Source of the DNA: Acidobacteriota bacterium
GTDB taxonomy: Bacteria; Acidobacteriota; Aminicenantia; UBA2199
Length of the DNA stretch: 64,000 nucleotides
Reading direction: 5' to 3'
NCBI GenBank assembly: GCA_039714255.1
Contig: JBDLJQ010000001.1
Span: 13,818 to 77,817 of the forward strand
A program made the translations under genes and the position numbers. Under the pieces are notes generated by a model that had not been told where the DNA came from, did no database searches, and saw nothing but the letters and a program-made list of their open reading frames with translations. This document shows, piece after piece, positions 29,121 to 39,386 of this stretch. Each line of letters begins with the position of its first letter. The first letter of the stretch is position 1.

Positions 29121-29759
29121 ATGTCCGAAACAGCTCCTTATGAAACTGCAGATACAGTTGACAGGTATGAAGCCTGGTTTGAAAATAATATACCGGCATA
29201 CAAATCGGAATTACTGGCAGTAAAAGAGCTTTTACCGGAAAATAAGACCGGGATCGAGATCGGTGTCGGGACAGGCCGGTTTTCCGCACCTCTGGGAATA
29301 AAGATCGGGATCGATCCTTCAAAAGAGATGGGTTCCCGGGCCAGAAAAAAGGGGATCCATGTGATCAGAGGAGTTGCTGAATCTCTCCCTTTAAGAAACA
29401 GTTCAATTGATTTTTTATTGATGGTGACGGTAATCTGTTTCCTGAAAGACATTAAAAGATCTTTCATGGAGGGATTCAGAGTTTTAAAACCCGGTGGTTA
29501 TTTCATAACAGGGTTTGTCGACAGGAACAGCATTATCGGAAGATCATATTCGGGGAAAAAAGATAAAAGCACCTTTTACAGCGCAGCAGAGTTTTATTCA
29601 CCTGATGAAGTCAGGAGACTTCTCGCTAAAACGGGATTTGGTAACTTTTCCTTTGTCCAGACCCTCTTCGGTAAACCTGATGAGATCAAAAAACCACAAA
29701 AATTTAAAAAGGGATATGGAGAAGGATCGTTTGTGGTTTTAAGAGGCATCAAACAATAA
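29121..29759 (+). CDS. class I SAM-dependent methyltransferase
   Basis: Motif I GIEIGVGTGRF and post-I/II pattern LKPGGYFI. Confidence 0.8.
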   Translation: MSETAPYETADTVDRYEAWFENNIPAYKSELLAVKELLPENKTGIEIGVGTGRFSAPLGIKIGIDPSKEMGSRARKKGIHVIRGVAESLPLRNSSIDFLLMVTVICFLKDIKRSFMEGFRVLKPGGYFITGFVDRNSIIGRSYSGKKDKSTFYSAAEFYSPDEVRRLLAKTGFGNFSFVQTLFGKPDEIKKPQKFKKGYGEGSFVVLRGIKQ

Positions 29760-29775
29760 TTAAGGAGAATAGAAA

Positions 29776-30042
29776 ATGGAAAAAAAGATCAGCCGTGAGA
29801 TATCAGATAAGATAGAACTTTTGATCTGTGAAGGGAAAAAAATAGAAGCCATAAAAGAAATTCGTAAAGTTACAGAGTGGGGATTAAAAGAATCAAAAGA
29901 ATATGCAGACAACCTGACAATTGAACTTTATGAAAAATATCCCGGCAAATTTAAATATGACCCGACCAAATCAAAAGGGTGTGGAACAGCAGCACTTTTT
30001 TTTGTTTTATCCATTAGCGGAATATTTTATCTGCTGGTATGA
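29776..30042 (+). CDS. hypothetical small membrane-anchored protein (possible L7/L12-C-terminal-like fold)
   Basis: 88 aa. GGAG RBS upstream and a C-terminal TM. The weak KIEAIKEIRKVTEWGLKESKEYADNL pattern resembles the L7/L12 C-terminal domain. Confidence 0.4.
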   Translation: MEKKISREISDKIELLICEGKKIEAIKEIRKVTEWGLKESKEYADNLTIELYEKYPGKFKYDPTKSKGCGTAALFFVLSISGIFYLLV

Positions 30043-30138
30043 TCACAAATAAAACTTAATCTGTAAATATTTTTTGAATTAAATCAACTTTCTTAACATA
30101 ATAATATTGCATAATATTTTATCCTGCAAGGATTTAAT

Positions 30139-31260
30139 ATGGCAACAAAGAATGCGGAAACTATTGTAAGGGAATTGCTTTCCATAGCCGGAGTTACCGT
30201 TAGTGGCAGCAACCCGTTTGACATCAATGTACATAATAAAAATTTCTACAATCGGGTACTGAATGATCACACCCTGGGGTTGGGGGAATCCTACATGGAT
30301 GGCTGGTGGGATTGTGAAGCATTGGATCAACTGATCGACAGAATTTTACGTGCAAAACTTCAGGATAAGATAAAAAACAGTTTAAAGTTGAAGTGGCATA
30401 TACTTCGTTCAAAACTATTCAACCTTCAGAAACCCCGCCGTTCATTTCAGGTGGGGCGAAAGCATTATGATATTGGAAATAACCTTTTCATGGCCATGCT
30501 GGATAAGCGTATGAATTATAGTTGTGCATACTGGAAAAGTGCAAATAATCTTGATGAGGCGCAGGAAAACAAGCTGGAACTGATATGTAAAAAATTAGGA
30601 CTGAAGCCCGGAATGAAAATACTTGACCTGGGTTGCGGTTGGGGATCCTTTGCCAGATATGCTGCAGAAAAATTTAAAGTTCATGTGACAGGTTTGTGTG
30701 TCTCAAAAAATCAGATCGAATACGGGCGGGAATTATGTAAGGGTTTGCCTGTGGAACTTAAAGTACAGGATTACAGGAAGGCAGATGGAAAATATGACCG
30801 TGTTATTTCAATAGGTTTTATGGAACATGTGGGTTACAAGAACTACAGAACGTATATGAAAGTTGTAAACAGCACCCTGAAGGAAAATGGGATCTCCCTC
30901 CTTCATACCATCGGAGGAAATGTAAGTATGACCACTGCAAACCCCTTTACAACAAAGTATATTTTTCCCAACGGTAGTATCCCTTCCATAACACAATTGG
31001 GCAGAGCTATAGAGGGAATATTTGTGGTTGAAGACTGGCATAATTTCGGCCCTGATTATGAAAAGACACTTCTGGCATGGTACCGGAATTTTGAAAAAAG
31101 TTGGCCTGAATTGAAAAATGAATATAACGAACGTTTTTTCCGTATGTGGCGTTATTACCTGCTTACCTCAGCCGGAGGATACCGTTCAAGGCTGAATCAA
31201 TTGTGGCAGATCGTTCTGACCAAACCGGGAAATAAACAGCCAGACTGCCGCTTCAGTTAA
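30139..31260 (+). CDS. cfa: cyclopropane-fatty-acyl-phospholipid synthase
   Basis: HYDIGNNLF, SCAYW and ILDLGCGWG motifs. 373 aa. Confidence 0.85.
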   Translation: MATKNAETIVRELLSIAGVTVSGSNPFDINVHNKNFYNRVLNDHTLGLGESYMDGWWDCEALDQLIDRILRAKLQDKIKNSLKLKWHILRSKLFNLQKPRRSFQVGRKHYDIGNNLFMAMLDKRMNYSCAYWKSANNLDEAQENKLELICKKLGLKPGMKILDLGCGWGSFARYAAEKFKVHVTGLCVSKNQIEYGRELCKGLPVELKVQDYRKADGKYDRVISIGFMEHVGYKNYRTYMKVVNSTLKENGISLLHTIGGNVSMTTANPFTTKYIFPNGSIPSITQLGRAIEGIFVVEDWHNFGPDYEKTLLAWYRNFEKSWPELKNEYNERFFRMWRYYLLTSAGGYRSRLNQLWQIVLTKPGNKQPDCRFS

Positions 31261-31275
31261 ACTACCGGTACCTGA

Positions 31276-32451
31276 TCAAACCCCGACTGTTTTTTTGTAG
31301 TTTACCGGGTCGGTGTCGCCTTCAGTATTGATCACTATAACACGGGAATCCGCCCCCAGTCCAAGTTCTCCCTTTGCCTCTTCCAACCCTTTATCCTTCA
31401 TTAAAGCTATTAGAGCCGCTAATCCTGATGCTCCGGATTCACCCGAAACAACCCCTTCGGAAGCATATACCCTCATCGCCTGTTCAGCATATTTATCGTG
31501 GATGGAGATAAAAAGGTCTGCAGAATCCCTCAGGATCGGCCACGCTACAAGTGACGGAACACCACAGTTCAACCCTGCCATAATGGTCTCCATTTTTCCA
31601 CTTGCAGGAATTGCTTCCCCTTTTCCAAACTTAACAGATTCAAGGAAACCGGCAGCTTCCACCGGTTCTGTTATCACAATTTTCGGCCTCTTTTTTCCGA
31701 ACCTGCCGGAAAGATAACTTGCTCCTGCAGCTGCAAAGGCACCCACTCCGGCCTGCAGAATTACAATGTCTGTTGTCAGCAGGTCAAGTGTACCCATTTG
31801 TGATTCCAGCTCCCTGAATATTGTGGTATAACCGTTCAACACCCATGAGGGGATCTCGGTATAACCCTGGTATGCAGTATCACCGATCTCTATCCAATTG
31901 TGTTTCAAAGCATCTTCAGAAATTTTCCTTACACAATCATCATAAGTCCCTTCCACAAGAACCACATCGGAACCTTCACTCTTTATATTATCAATTCTCG
32001 ATCTTACCGTATCCCCGGGCATATAGATCACCGCATTCTGCCCCAGCCTTCCTGCAGTCCACGCAACTGCCCTCCCGTGATTTCCGTCTGAAGCAGCACA
32101 AAAAGTCATCTTTCCAAGTTTCTTCAGTTTGTTCTTTTCTTTAAATATATTAAAGTTAAATTCTGTCCCGAACTCTGATTCCCATTTTTTTTTCAATACC
32201 CGAAAAATTGCATAACTGGCCCCCAGGGCTTTAAAAGCTTTTATTCCGAAACGTGTGGATTCATCTTTAACAATAATATCTTTTAATCCCAGGTTTTTTG
32301 AAACACTCTTCAGGGGAACTATTTTTGTAGCTTCATATCCCCTTAATGTTCTATGGAAATCGAGCATGTCATGGTTTTTTAAAAAAGCAAAACCTGCACC
32401 TTCCCATTCGGGTTCATCTTTCCTGAACTGATTAAAAGAAAATTCACACAT
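31276..32451 (-). CDS. ygeX: diaminopropionate ammonia-lyase (YgeX-like, fold-type II PLP)
   Basis: VKDESTRFGIKAFKALGASYAI and SDGNHGRAVAWTAGRLGQNAVIYMP closely mirror E. coli YgeX as I remember it. 391 aa. Confidence 0.85.
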   Translation of the reverse strand: MCEFSFNQFRKDEPEWEGAGFAFLKNHDMLDFHRTLRGYEATKIVPLKSVSKNLGLKDIIVKDESTRFGIKAFKALGASYAIFRVLKKKWESEFGTEFNFNIFKEKNKLKKLGKMTFCAASDGNHGRAVAWTAGRLGQNAVIYMPGDTVRSRIDNIKSEGSDVVLVEGTYDDCVRKISEDALKHNWIEIGDTAYQGYTEIPSWVLNGYTTIFRELESQMGTLDLLTTDIVILQAGVGAFAAAGASYLSGRFGKKRPKIVITEPVEAAGFLESVKFGKGEAIPASGKMETIMAGLNCGVPSLVAWPILRDSADLFISIHDKYAEQAMRVYASEGVVSGESGASGLAALIALMKDKGLEEAKGELGLGADSRVIVINTEGDTDPVNYKKTVGV

Positions 32452-32468
32452 AGTTCACTCTCACCATA

Positions 32469-33905
32469 TTATTTTCCTTTTATCTTATTATAAAAATAAC
32501 TTGCAAAGGGGGGTGATACAAGCGAGACCATCATCCCTATCGTCCCCGCTTCCGGAGGAGAATATCCATTGATATATAAAAAGATACAAATAAACAGACC
32601 GGATAGAGAGGAAAATATAGCTCCGGCCTTATTAACCTTTTTTGAAAATAATCCCCAGACAAAAGGGCCGAGGAATACCGCGCCGATAGCTCCCCATGAA
32701 ATACTGAGAACAGCTACTATGGTGTCTATATTCATATATGCAAGTATTACCGAGATCAATACAAAAAATCCGTTCATTATCCTCATTAAAAATGTCAGTT
32801 TTTTGTCTGAAACTTCAGGATTTATAAATCCTCCGTAAAAATCTTTGACAAAGGATGAACTGGAAATTAATACCAGTGCAGCAAGGGTGGACATGGAAGC
32901 AGAGAGGATCAGAAGAAGTATCAGAACAGAAAGTGATTGTGGAATAACCTTTGCGAGCAGCTCGGGCATAAGGATATCCGCCACCGGTTTTCCACCTTTA
33001 AATGCAGCCGGATTTGAAGCAGGTGTCAGGAAAACCCTTGTGGTTGCACCAATAAAATAAGCCACTCCACCTATCAGCAGTGCAAAAAATGTGGAGGCCA
33101 CCATACCTTTTTTAACCGACTTTTTATCCTTTATGGCATAAAATTTTTGTACCAGCTGCGGCATGGCAAAAGGAGCCACACTGGTGAGAAAAATAAGAGA
33201 AAAGAGGGGCCATAACCCCGGAGGGCCCACAGCAGAGGCAAGCCCCGGATCTATTGTTTTAAGTTTTTGAACAATATTCAGTAATCCTCCACCTTTGTTA
33301 AGTGCAGATAATAGTAAAACAACAACCCCGAATGTCATGATCATTCCGAAGATCATATCGATCATCGCCATGGATTTGTAACCGCCCAGAACAATATAAA
33401 CTGCAGTAAAGAGGCCTATGAATACAAGCGCCTGCCAGTATTCTATCCCGAAGTTTGATTTGAACAGATATGATAACCCCATGAAAACTGCAGCTGAATA
33501 GGGGATAAGAAAAACAAATATTGCCAGTGATGAAAATAATTTTAAAAATTTACTGTTATATCTTTTTTCCAGGAATTCGTTCATGGTTGAAACATTGTAT
33601 TCCATCGACATCTTTTTTATTTTCCAACCCATAAGGCCCCATACACCCAGAACACCCACAAATGCATTAAAAAGTGCTATCCATAAACCCGAAAGTCCGA
33701 AACCCCATCCGATCTTACCGGCAAAACCGATGAAAAGAACAGCAGAAAAATATGCAGTGCCATAAGAGAATGCTGTCATCCAGGGGCCTATCTTACCCCC
33801 TCCAAGGAAAAAATCAGAAAAAGACCTTGTACGCTTCATCCCGATAATACCAATTACAATTATCATCACCGCATAGAGGCTTAAAACCACAATCTTAGTA
33901 ATCAT
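32469..33905 (-). CDS. sodium:solute symporter (SSS) family transporter
   Basis: 478 aa, about 13 TM segments, and an SSS-like N-terminal pattern (FFLGGGKIGPWMTAFSYGTAYFSA). Confidence 0.8.
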   Translation of the reverse strand: MITKIVVLSLYAVMIIVIGIIGMKRTRSFSDFFLGGGKIGPWMTAFSYGTAYFSAVLFIGFAGKIGWGFGLSGLWIALFNAFVGVLGVWGLMGWKIKKMSMEYNVSTMNEFLEKRYNSKFLKLFSSLAIFVFLIPYSAAVFMGLSYLFKSNFGIEYWQALVFIGLFTAVYIVLGGYKSMAMIDMIFGMIMTFGVVVLLLSALNKGGGLLNIVQKLKTIDPGLASAVGPPGLWPLFSLIFLTSVAPFAMPQLVQKFYAIKDKKSVKKGMVASTFFALLIGGVAYFIGATTRVFLTPASNPAAFKGGKPVADILMPELLAKVIPQSLSVLILLLILSASMSTLAALVLISSSSFVKDFYGGFINPEVSDKKLTFLMRIMNGFFVLISVILAYMNIDTIVAVLSISWGAIGAVFLGPFVWGLFSKKVNKAGAIFSSLSGLFICIFLYINGYSPPEAGTIGMMVSLVSPPFASYFYNKIKGK

Positions 33906-33916
33906 TAACCACTCCG

Positions 33917-35212
33917 CTATTTTATTTTATACATAAGTTCAATTCTGAACCAGTTATAACTTTCTGCTTTTTCAAAGTAAAAATTTCCCGGATCAAAATG
34001 TTCAAATACAACATGGCCGGATAATACGCTGCTGAACCTGTAATCGAATCTCCCGGTGAACAGGAAACCCCTGGCAATACCGTTACCCCTGTAATCGAGG
34101 CAACTGCATCCCCTCTCAGGTGCAGTCAAAAAATACAAAGCCGTACTGAGAACCCCGTTCTTTACCGGATTGAGGTCCAGGGTGAAAAAAAAACTGGAAA
34201 GGTTGCTCCAGTATGCTGCACCTCCCTCCATAACAAGAGTATAGATGAACGATTCACTCCATTTGGGCCACCTGGAGAATACCGGATCCCACCCCTCAAT
34301 TTTATCTGTAAAGGGATCATCTCCGCTCAGATAGAGGCTTCCAAAGGTCAATCCCTTCAGAACGGAAATCCCGGAAATGGGGATGTACCTGAAATAAAAA
34401 TAACCTCCCGCTGCAGAAACGGGTATATCACCACTGTTTCCCCACTGGTATGCAGCTTCACCCACAACAGCCATATCGTCTGACATGGGGAGTACCATTC
34501 TGGCACCTGCTACAGTATAGTTCCTTTTCTCAATAACATTTTCTCCATAGGATTTTTTTACAAGATAGAGGTCCATATCTTTTTTTTTCCATTTTCCGGA
34601 ATAATAGAAACCGGCCCCAGTCGAAGAATTCTCATTCAGTAACTGTCCCCTGTCATTCAGTACAGGGAAGAGATCATCCTCTTTCGGAGCGGATAAGTAA
34701 AAGGCGGTAAGCCTGCCTGAATTACCCAGGGAAATATCACCCCTCACTGCATCAAACCAGATGGACCTTGATCCGTCCAGTGGGCCGCCGTCCACAATTA
34801 TGAATCCCTCCCCGAAAAAAAGATTCTGCCTTCCTGCAGTGATTGTAAGGGGAAGATCACATATATTTTTTAACTTTAAGTAAAAATTATCAACAAAGAT
34901 CTCATTAATATTAAAATCTCTGCCTTCGGGTTTAAAATAATACCTGAACTCATTAGTAGCTTTAAAGTAAATATCGAGGCCGGAAAATGGTTTCCACAAC
35001 AGGCCCAGAGAGGTCCTGTTCCTGGTAAAGGCCGAACCCTCCTCCGAACTGCTGTCCAGGGTCACAGGATTGTCCCAGGAGACGAACCTGAACCTTTCGG
35101 TAAAATCAATTTTGATCTTCGTCCCTCTTTCGGAACCTGTATCACCATTCGCAGGGGAAAAAATGAATATTAAAATAAATACACAAATTAGAAACGGGGT
35201 TTTAAACATCAT
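33917..35212 (-). CDS. putative outer-membrane beta-barrel porin (alginate-export/AlgE-like)
   Basis: Signal peptide and alternating beta-strand pattern. The ERFRFVSWDN motif resembles the alginate-export family. Confidence 0.4.
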   Translation of the reverse strand: MMFKTPFLICVFILIFIFSPANGDTGSERGTKIKIDFTERFRFVSWDNPVTLDSSSEEGSAFTRNRTSLGLLWKPFSGLDIYFKATNEFRYYFKPEGRDFNINEIFVDNFYLKLKNICDLPLTITAGRQNLFFGEGFIIVDGGPLDGSRSIWFDAVRGDISLGNSGRLTAFYLSAPKEDDLFPVLNDRGQLLNENSSTGAGFYYSGKWKKKDMDLYLVKKSYGENVIEKRNYTVAGARMVLPMSDDMAVVGEAAYQWGNSGDIPVSAAGGYFYFRYIPISGISVLKGLTFGSLYLSGDDPFTDKIEGWDPVFSRWPKWSESFIYTLVMEGGAAYWSNLSSFFFTLDLNPVKNGVLSTALYFLTAPERGCSCLDYRGNGIARGFLFTGRFDYRFSSVLSGHVVFEHFDPGNFYFEKAESYNWFRIELMYKIK

Positions 35213-35318
35213 CGGAAATTATAATTGAAACAACCACCCTTTTCAAGGAGTAAGAATACAGGAGCAAGAAGACAGTTTCTTCTGTCCCCTGACTTCTGAC
35301 TTCTAAAAAAAATGTCTT

Positions 35319-38264
35319 TTATTTTATGGTGATCTCGTCGGCGAAGATCCATGCCTTTCCATCATATTGATAACCCTCATGCCCTTGAGGGCATTTACCG
35401 ATATTCTTACCTACTATTCTGATATACCTTCCTTCTGCCTTTAATTTATCAACTTTGAATTCTTTAATAACTGAACCCTGCTTCTTAAAAGAAATTGTAT
35501 TTTTTACCCTGCCGGCCCTCTTATAATCTTTTCCATTTTCAGATATGAAGAAGTCAACAAATTCCGGTATAAATATCCACGATTTAATATCCTGCAGAAA
35601 TGAAATTTTAATGCCATCTATCTCCTTAACCTTTTTCAGATCAACCACAACATCCAGGTTTACGCCCTGATAACCCTGCCATCCTCCGGTCTTAAAATCA
35701 TTACCCCCTTTTAAACCGTCAATAAGGGCATTATCACCACCTGCCCTGTAAAGTTTGCTGTATTTTGTATTAAGCCTGATCTCCTTCCCCCGGGGTAGTT
35801 TAGAATATACAGATGTTATAACCCTGCTTTTTTTCCCTTCTTTTTCTGTATAGAACTTTATTTCTGATGATTTGCTGATCTTAAATGGATTTTCATAGAG
35901 AAGAAATTTATCTTCCCCGTTGATTGAATAGTAGATTTTTCCATTTTCTTCAGGGGATTTCAACTCAAGTGAAAAATCTCTATCAAATGATTTCTTTGAT
36001 CTGTTTGAATATGGATTCATTATGATCTGATTATCCTTTATTGCCGAAAATGGCAAATCAGCTCTATCTAATAAGAGGTTTTTATTTGGTGTAGAACTCA
36101 TATAAAATGTCAGGGTCCCCCCTGCCATTATATCTTTATGCTGAATATAGAGTTTTTTGTAAGATTTTCCATTGAGCATGACTTTCCTGACATAATAATT
36201 GGCATCAGAAAGCCCTTCCGCCCTTATTTTAAATTTGTTTCCATTCTCAAGGTTCAGACAAGCTTCTTTAAAAGAGGGCGTTCCTAAAACATACATATCA
36301 CTTCCCGGAACCACCGGATAAAAACCAAGGGTAGAAAAAACATACCAGGAGGACATCTGCCCGCAATCTTCGTTCCCGCAAAGCCCCGCAGGCCCTGTTT
36401 TGTACATACCTTCAACTATTGCCTTCACTTTTTCCCGGGTTTTCCAGGGAGCGCCGGCAAAGGAATATAAATATGCAATATGATGGCTCGGTTCATTTCC
36501 ATGGGCATACTGGCCTATCAATCCGGTAATATCAGATTGTTTTCTTCCCGCCATTTCAGAATCCTCTGAAAAAAGATCATCCACCATTTTTATATATTTT
36601 TTTTCCCCTCCCAAAAGTTCAATATGTCCTCTGATATCATGGACAACCGCAAAATTATACTGCCAGGCATTTGCCTCGGTAAAATGAAAATTAACCTCCT
36701 TTGGATTGAAGGGATCTATCCATCCGCCGTTCAACTTCGGCCTGAAAAACCCTGAAGACGGGTCAAAAATATTCTTATAATATTGTGCTCTTTTAATATA
36801 TTTTTTGAAAATTCCTTCATCTGATATTGCTTTTGCAAATAAAGCGATACACCAGTCATCATAAGCATACTCAAGGGTTTTTGATATTGATTCCGACCCT
36901 TTATCTCCCGGAATATACCCATATTCTTTATATTGTTTAAGCCCCCTTTTATCAGATTCGGCACTGAAAGTCATTGCCTTCAGTGCTTTTTTTGTATCAA
37001 AACCGGTTATTCCCTTAATATAAGCATCTGCAATAACCGAGACACTATGATAACCGATCATTGTATCTGTCTCATTTGCCGAAAGTTCCCACACGGGAAG
37101 TTTGCCTCCCTGTTCATATTGTTTTAAAAAAGTATTAATAAAATCCAGGGTACGTTCTCTCTCAATTATTGTAAAAAGGGGATGGGTTGCCCTGTAAGTA
37201 TCCCAGAGTGAAAAGAGTGTATAATAATCAAATCCATCTCCATTGTGAACTTTAAGGTCCCTTCCCCTGTATCGGCCGTCAACATCCATATAAAGATTGG
37301 GATTTAATAACGAATGGTACAGAGCTGTATAAAAGATCGTCTTTTTTGATCCATCACCTGGGACACCACTGATATGAATTTTGTTAAGTGATCTTTCCCA
37401 GCTTTTATCAGCTTCATCACGAATTTTTTCAAAATCCCAATCAGGTATCTCTTTTTCCAGATTTTTCCGGGCTCCGTTAATATCTACCGGGGAAATACCC
37501 ACTTTAACAAGAATTTCATCACCTTTTTTCAGATCAAAAGTAAAATATGAAACAAGATTATTCCCTTTTGCCACTCTCAGATTTTTAATTATTTTTTTAT
37601 TTAATGATATACCGGCCGATTTGAATGGTTTTGAAAATTTTGCCACAAAATATACATGCTGCTCATTTGCCCATGAGTGTGATATCCGGTGCCCTTCTAT
37701 CTCATTATTACTAACGATCTTTAAATATGAGTCTAATACCTTGTCACGGTGTTTAAGGTCAAGAACAATATGAGGATTATTTGAACTGGTAAATTTATAT
37801 TTATGAAATCCGGCCCTCTTTGTAACAGTTAATTCAACTCCGATATTAAAATCCTTCAATAGAACTGAATAAAATCCCGGGCGTGCTTTTTCATCTTTAT
37901 GAGAAAAACGTGACCTGTATCCCGAATCCGGATCCTTTTTTGTACCGGGCATAAGTTTAACTTTACCGTTTGATGGGATAAACAGGATATCACCATAATC
38001 AAGACATCCTGTCCCACTGAGATGGGTATGGGAAAATCCGATAATTGATCTGTCGGAATAATGATATGCAGAACACAGGTCCCATCCCTCAAGCCCTGTG
38101 TCGGGCCCCAGCTGGATCATCCCGAAAGGGAGTGAGGGGCCGGGGTATGTATGGCCATGAGCGCCTGTCCCTATAAAGGGATCAACGTAAGAAGTTTTTT
38201 TTTCCGTGGCAGAAAAAATAATAAAGGGAAACAAAAAGATAATTATAATATTTTTAAAAGTCAT
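35319..38264 (-). CDS. GH92 family alpha-mannosidase with C-terminal carbohydrate-binding (discoidin/F5-8 type C-like) extension
   Basis: YVDPFIGTGAHGHTYPGPSLPFGMIQLGPDT is the GH92 N-terminal signature. 981 aa with a signal peptide. Confidence 0.9.
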   Translation of the reverse strand: MTFKNIIIIFLFPFIIFSATEKKTSYVDPFIGTGAHGHTYPGPSLPFGMIQLGPDTGLEGWDLCSAYHYSDRSIIGFSHTHLSGTGCLDYGDILFIPSNGKVKLMPGTKKDPDSGYRSRFSHKDEKARPGFYSVLLKDFNIGVELTVTKRAGFHKYKFTSSNNPHIVLDLKHRDKVLDSYLKIVSNNEIEGHRISHSWANEQHVYFVAKFSKPFKSAGISLNKKIIKNLRVAKGNNLVSYFTFDLKKGDEILVKVGISPVDINGARKNLEKEIPDWDFEKIRDEADKSWERSLNKIHISGVPGDGSKKTIFYTALYHSLLNPNLYMDVDGRYRGRDLKVHNGDGFDYYTLFSLWDTYRATHPLFTIIERERTLDFINTFLKQYEQGGKLPVWELSANETDTMIGYHSVSVIADAYIKGITGFDTKKALKAMTFSAESDKRGLKQYKEYGYIPGDKGSESISKTLEYAYDDWCIALFAKAISDEGIFKKYIKRAQYYKNIFDPSSGFFRPKLNGGWIDPFNPKEVNFHFTEANAWQYNFAVVHDIRGHIELLGGEKKYIKMVDDLFSEDSEMAGRKQSDITGLIGQYAHGNEPSHHIAYLYSFAGAPWKTREKVKAIVEGMYKTGPAGLCGNEDCGQMSSWYVFSTLGFYPVVPGSDMYVLGTPSFKEACLNLENGNKFKIRAEGLSDANYYVRKVMLNGKSYKKLYIQHKDIMAGGTLTFYMSSTPNKNLLLDRADLPFSAIKDNQIIMNPYSNRSKKSFDRDFSLELKSPEENGKIYYSINGEDKFLLYENPFKISKSSEIKFYTEKEGKKSRVITSVYSKLPRGKEIRLNTKYSKLYRAGGDNALIDGLKGGNDFKTGGWQGYQGVNLDVVVDLKKVKEIDGIKISFLQDIKSWIFIPEFVDFFISENGKDYKRAGRVKNTISFKKQGSVIKEFKVDKLKAEGRYIRIVGKNIGKCPQGHEGYQYDGKAWIFADEITIK

Positions 38265-38279
38265 AAATAACTCCCTGGA

Positions 38280-39386
38280 TCAAATTTTTCTATCTATCTC
38301 ACTTAAAGCAAATGAATATGCCCCGATGGAAACAGCTTTTGATGTTCCCAGCCTGGATATTCCGACTCCGACCCTTTGAAGCGGATCATATATTACTTTT
38401 TTATCAGAAAAAGGGATATCTATCTCACGTTTTTCACCTTTAATAAATTTATCAGTTTCATTCTTATCTTCCAGGTTAAACGCAGTTACTTCCATCTTTT
38501 TGATATTTTTCCCTTCCGAATGAAACACTCCGTTCATTTCAGCTACTGTCTCATTCAAAAAAACTCCTGACGCTCCACTCAATCCTCCACCGATAACAAT
38601 AAGAGAATCAAAAAGGGTCACCACACTGGAAAGTGTATCACCCAAAACCTTTCCAAATGAAGTAAAGGATCTTTTCGCTGCATCTTTGTCCCCTTTCATC
38701 TCACCATTTGCGATCTTATATATTTCAAGAGGTTCAGGGGCTTCTTCAGGATCAATACCTGTATCAGCAGAATAAAAGTTTTTTAACCCCCTTATGCTTA
38801 AGGATTCTTCTACATTTTTGTCCTCTTCAAATCCATGGTTCAATAACCATATCTCACCGCCACATGAATTATCACCCACAAGAAGTTTCCCATCCATAAC
38901 AAATCCACCACCGAAACCTGTCCCCAACGTAACTCCAAAAAGATTTTTAAATCTTTTCCCGCTCCCATTTTCTTCCATGAGCCTGTTTATATAAGGAAGG
39001 AACCCGGCAATTGCTTCACCATAAACAAAAAGATTTCCATCATTATTTATAAAAGCAGGTACCTTGAAAATATCTTCAAGCATTGGCCCCAATGCAACAC
39101 CTCCTTTAAAACCCGGCAAATTCCAGAGATCTCCGATTATTCCGGCCGGATAATCTGCAGGGCCGGGAAAAGCAAAACTTATTGCTGCAGGCTCAGATTT
39201 TATCTTTGCTTTTATCTGTTTGAACCCGTTGATAATAGTTGAAAGGCATTTTTCCAGATCATCCCCGAAAGAGGGATAAATAATAGGTTTTACTATCTCT
39301 TCATTGCCTGAAATGGCCGAAAAAACAAAGTTTGTCCCTCCTGCATCCAGGGTCAGAACAATTCTTTTATCATTTTTGTAGTCCAT
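38280..39386 (-). CDS. ROK-family sugar kinase-like protein
   Basis: LDAGGTNFVF ATPase motif and FGVTLGTGFGGGFVMDGKLLVGDNSCGGEIW ROK-like signature. No CxCGxxGC zinc motif seen. Confidence 0.65.
   Translation of the reverse strand: MDYKNDKRIVLTLDAGGTNFVFSAISGNEEIVKPIIYPSFGDDLEKCLSTIINGFKQIKAKIKSEPAAISFAFPGPADYPAGIIGDLWNLPGFKGGVALGPMLEDIFKVPAFINNDGNLFVYGEAIAGFLPYINRLMEENGSGKRFKNLFGVTLGTGFGGGFVMDGKLLVGDNSCGGEIWLLNHGFEEDKNVEESLSIRGLKNFYSADTGIDPEEAPEPLEIYKIANGEMKGDKDAAKRSFTSFGKVLGDTLSSVVTLFDSLIVIGGGLSGASGVFLNETVAEMNGVFHSEGKNIKKMEVTAFNLEDKNETDKFIKGEKREIDIPFSDKKVIYDPLQRVGVGISRLGTSKAVSIGAYSFALSEIDRKI

Noticed and set aside
35213-35318. Intrinsic terminator between GH92 and the porin gene (agaag..cttct and the tctgacttctgacttc direct repeat)
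   Set aside because: The stem is only 5-6 bp, and there is no U-tract on the minus (coding) strand directly after it. Too weak to call.
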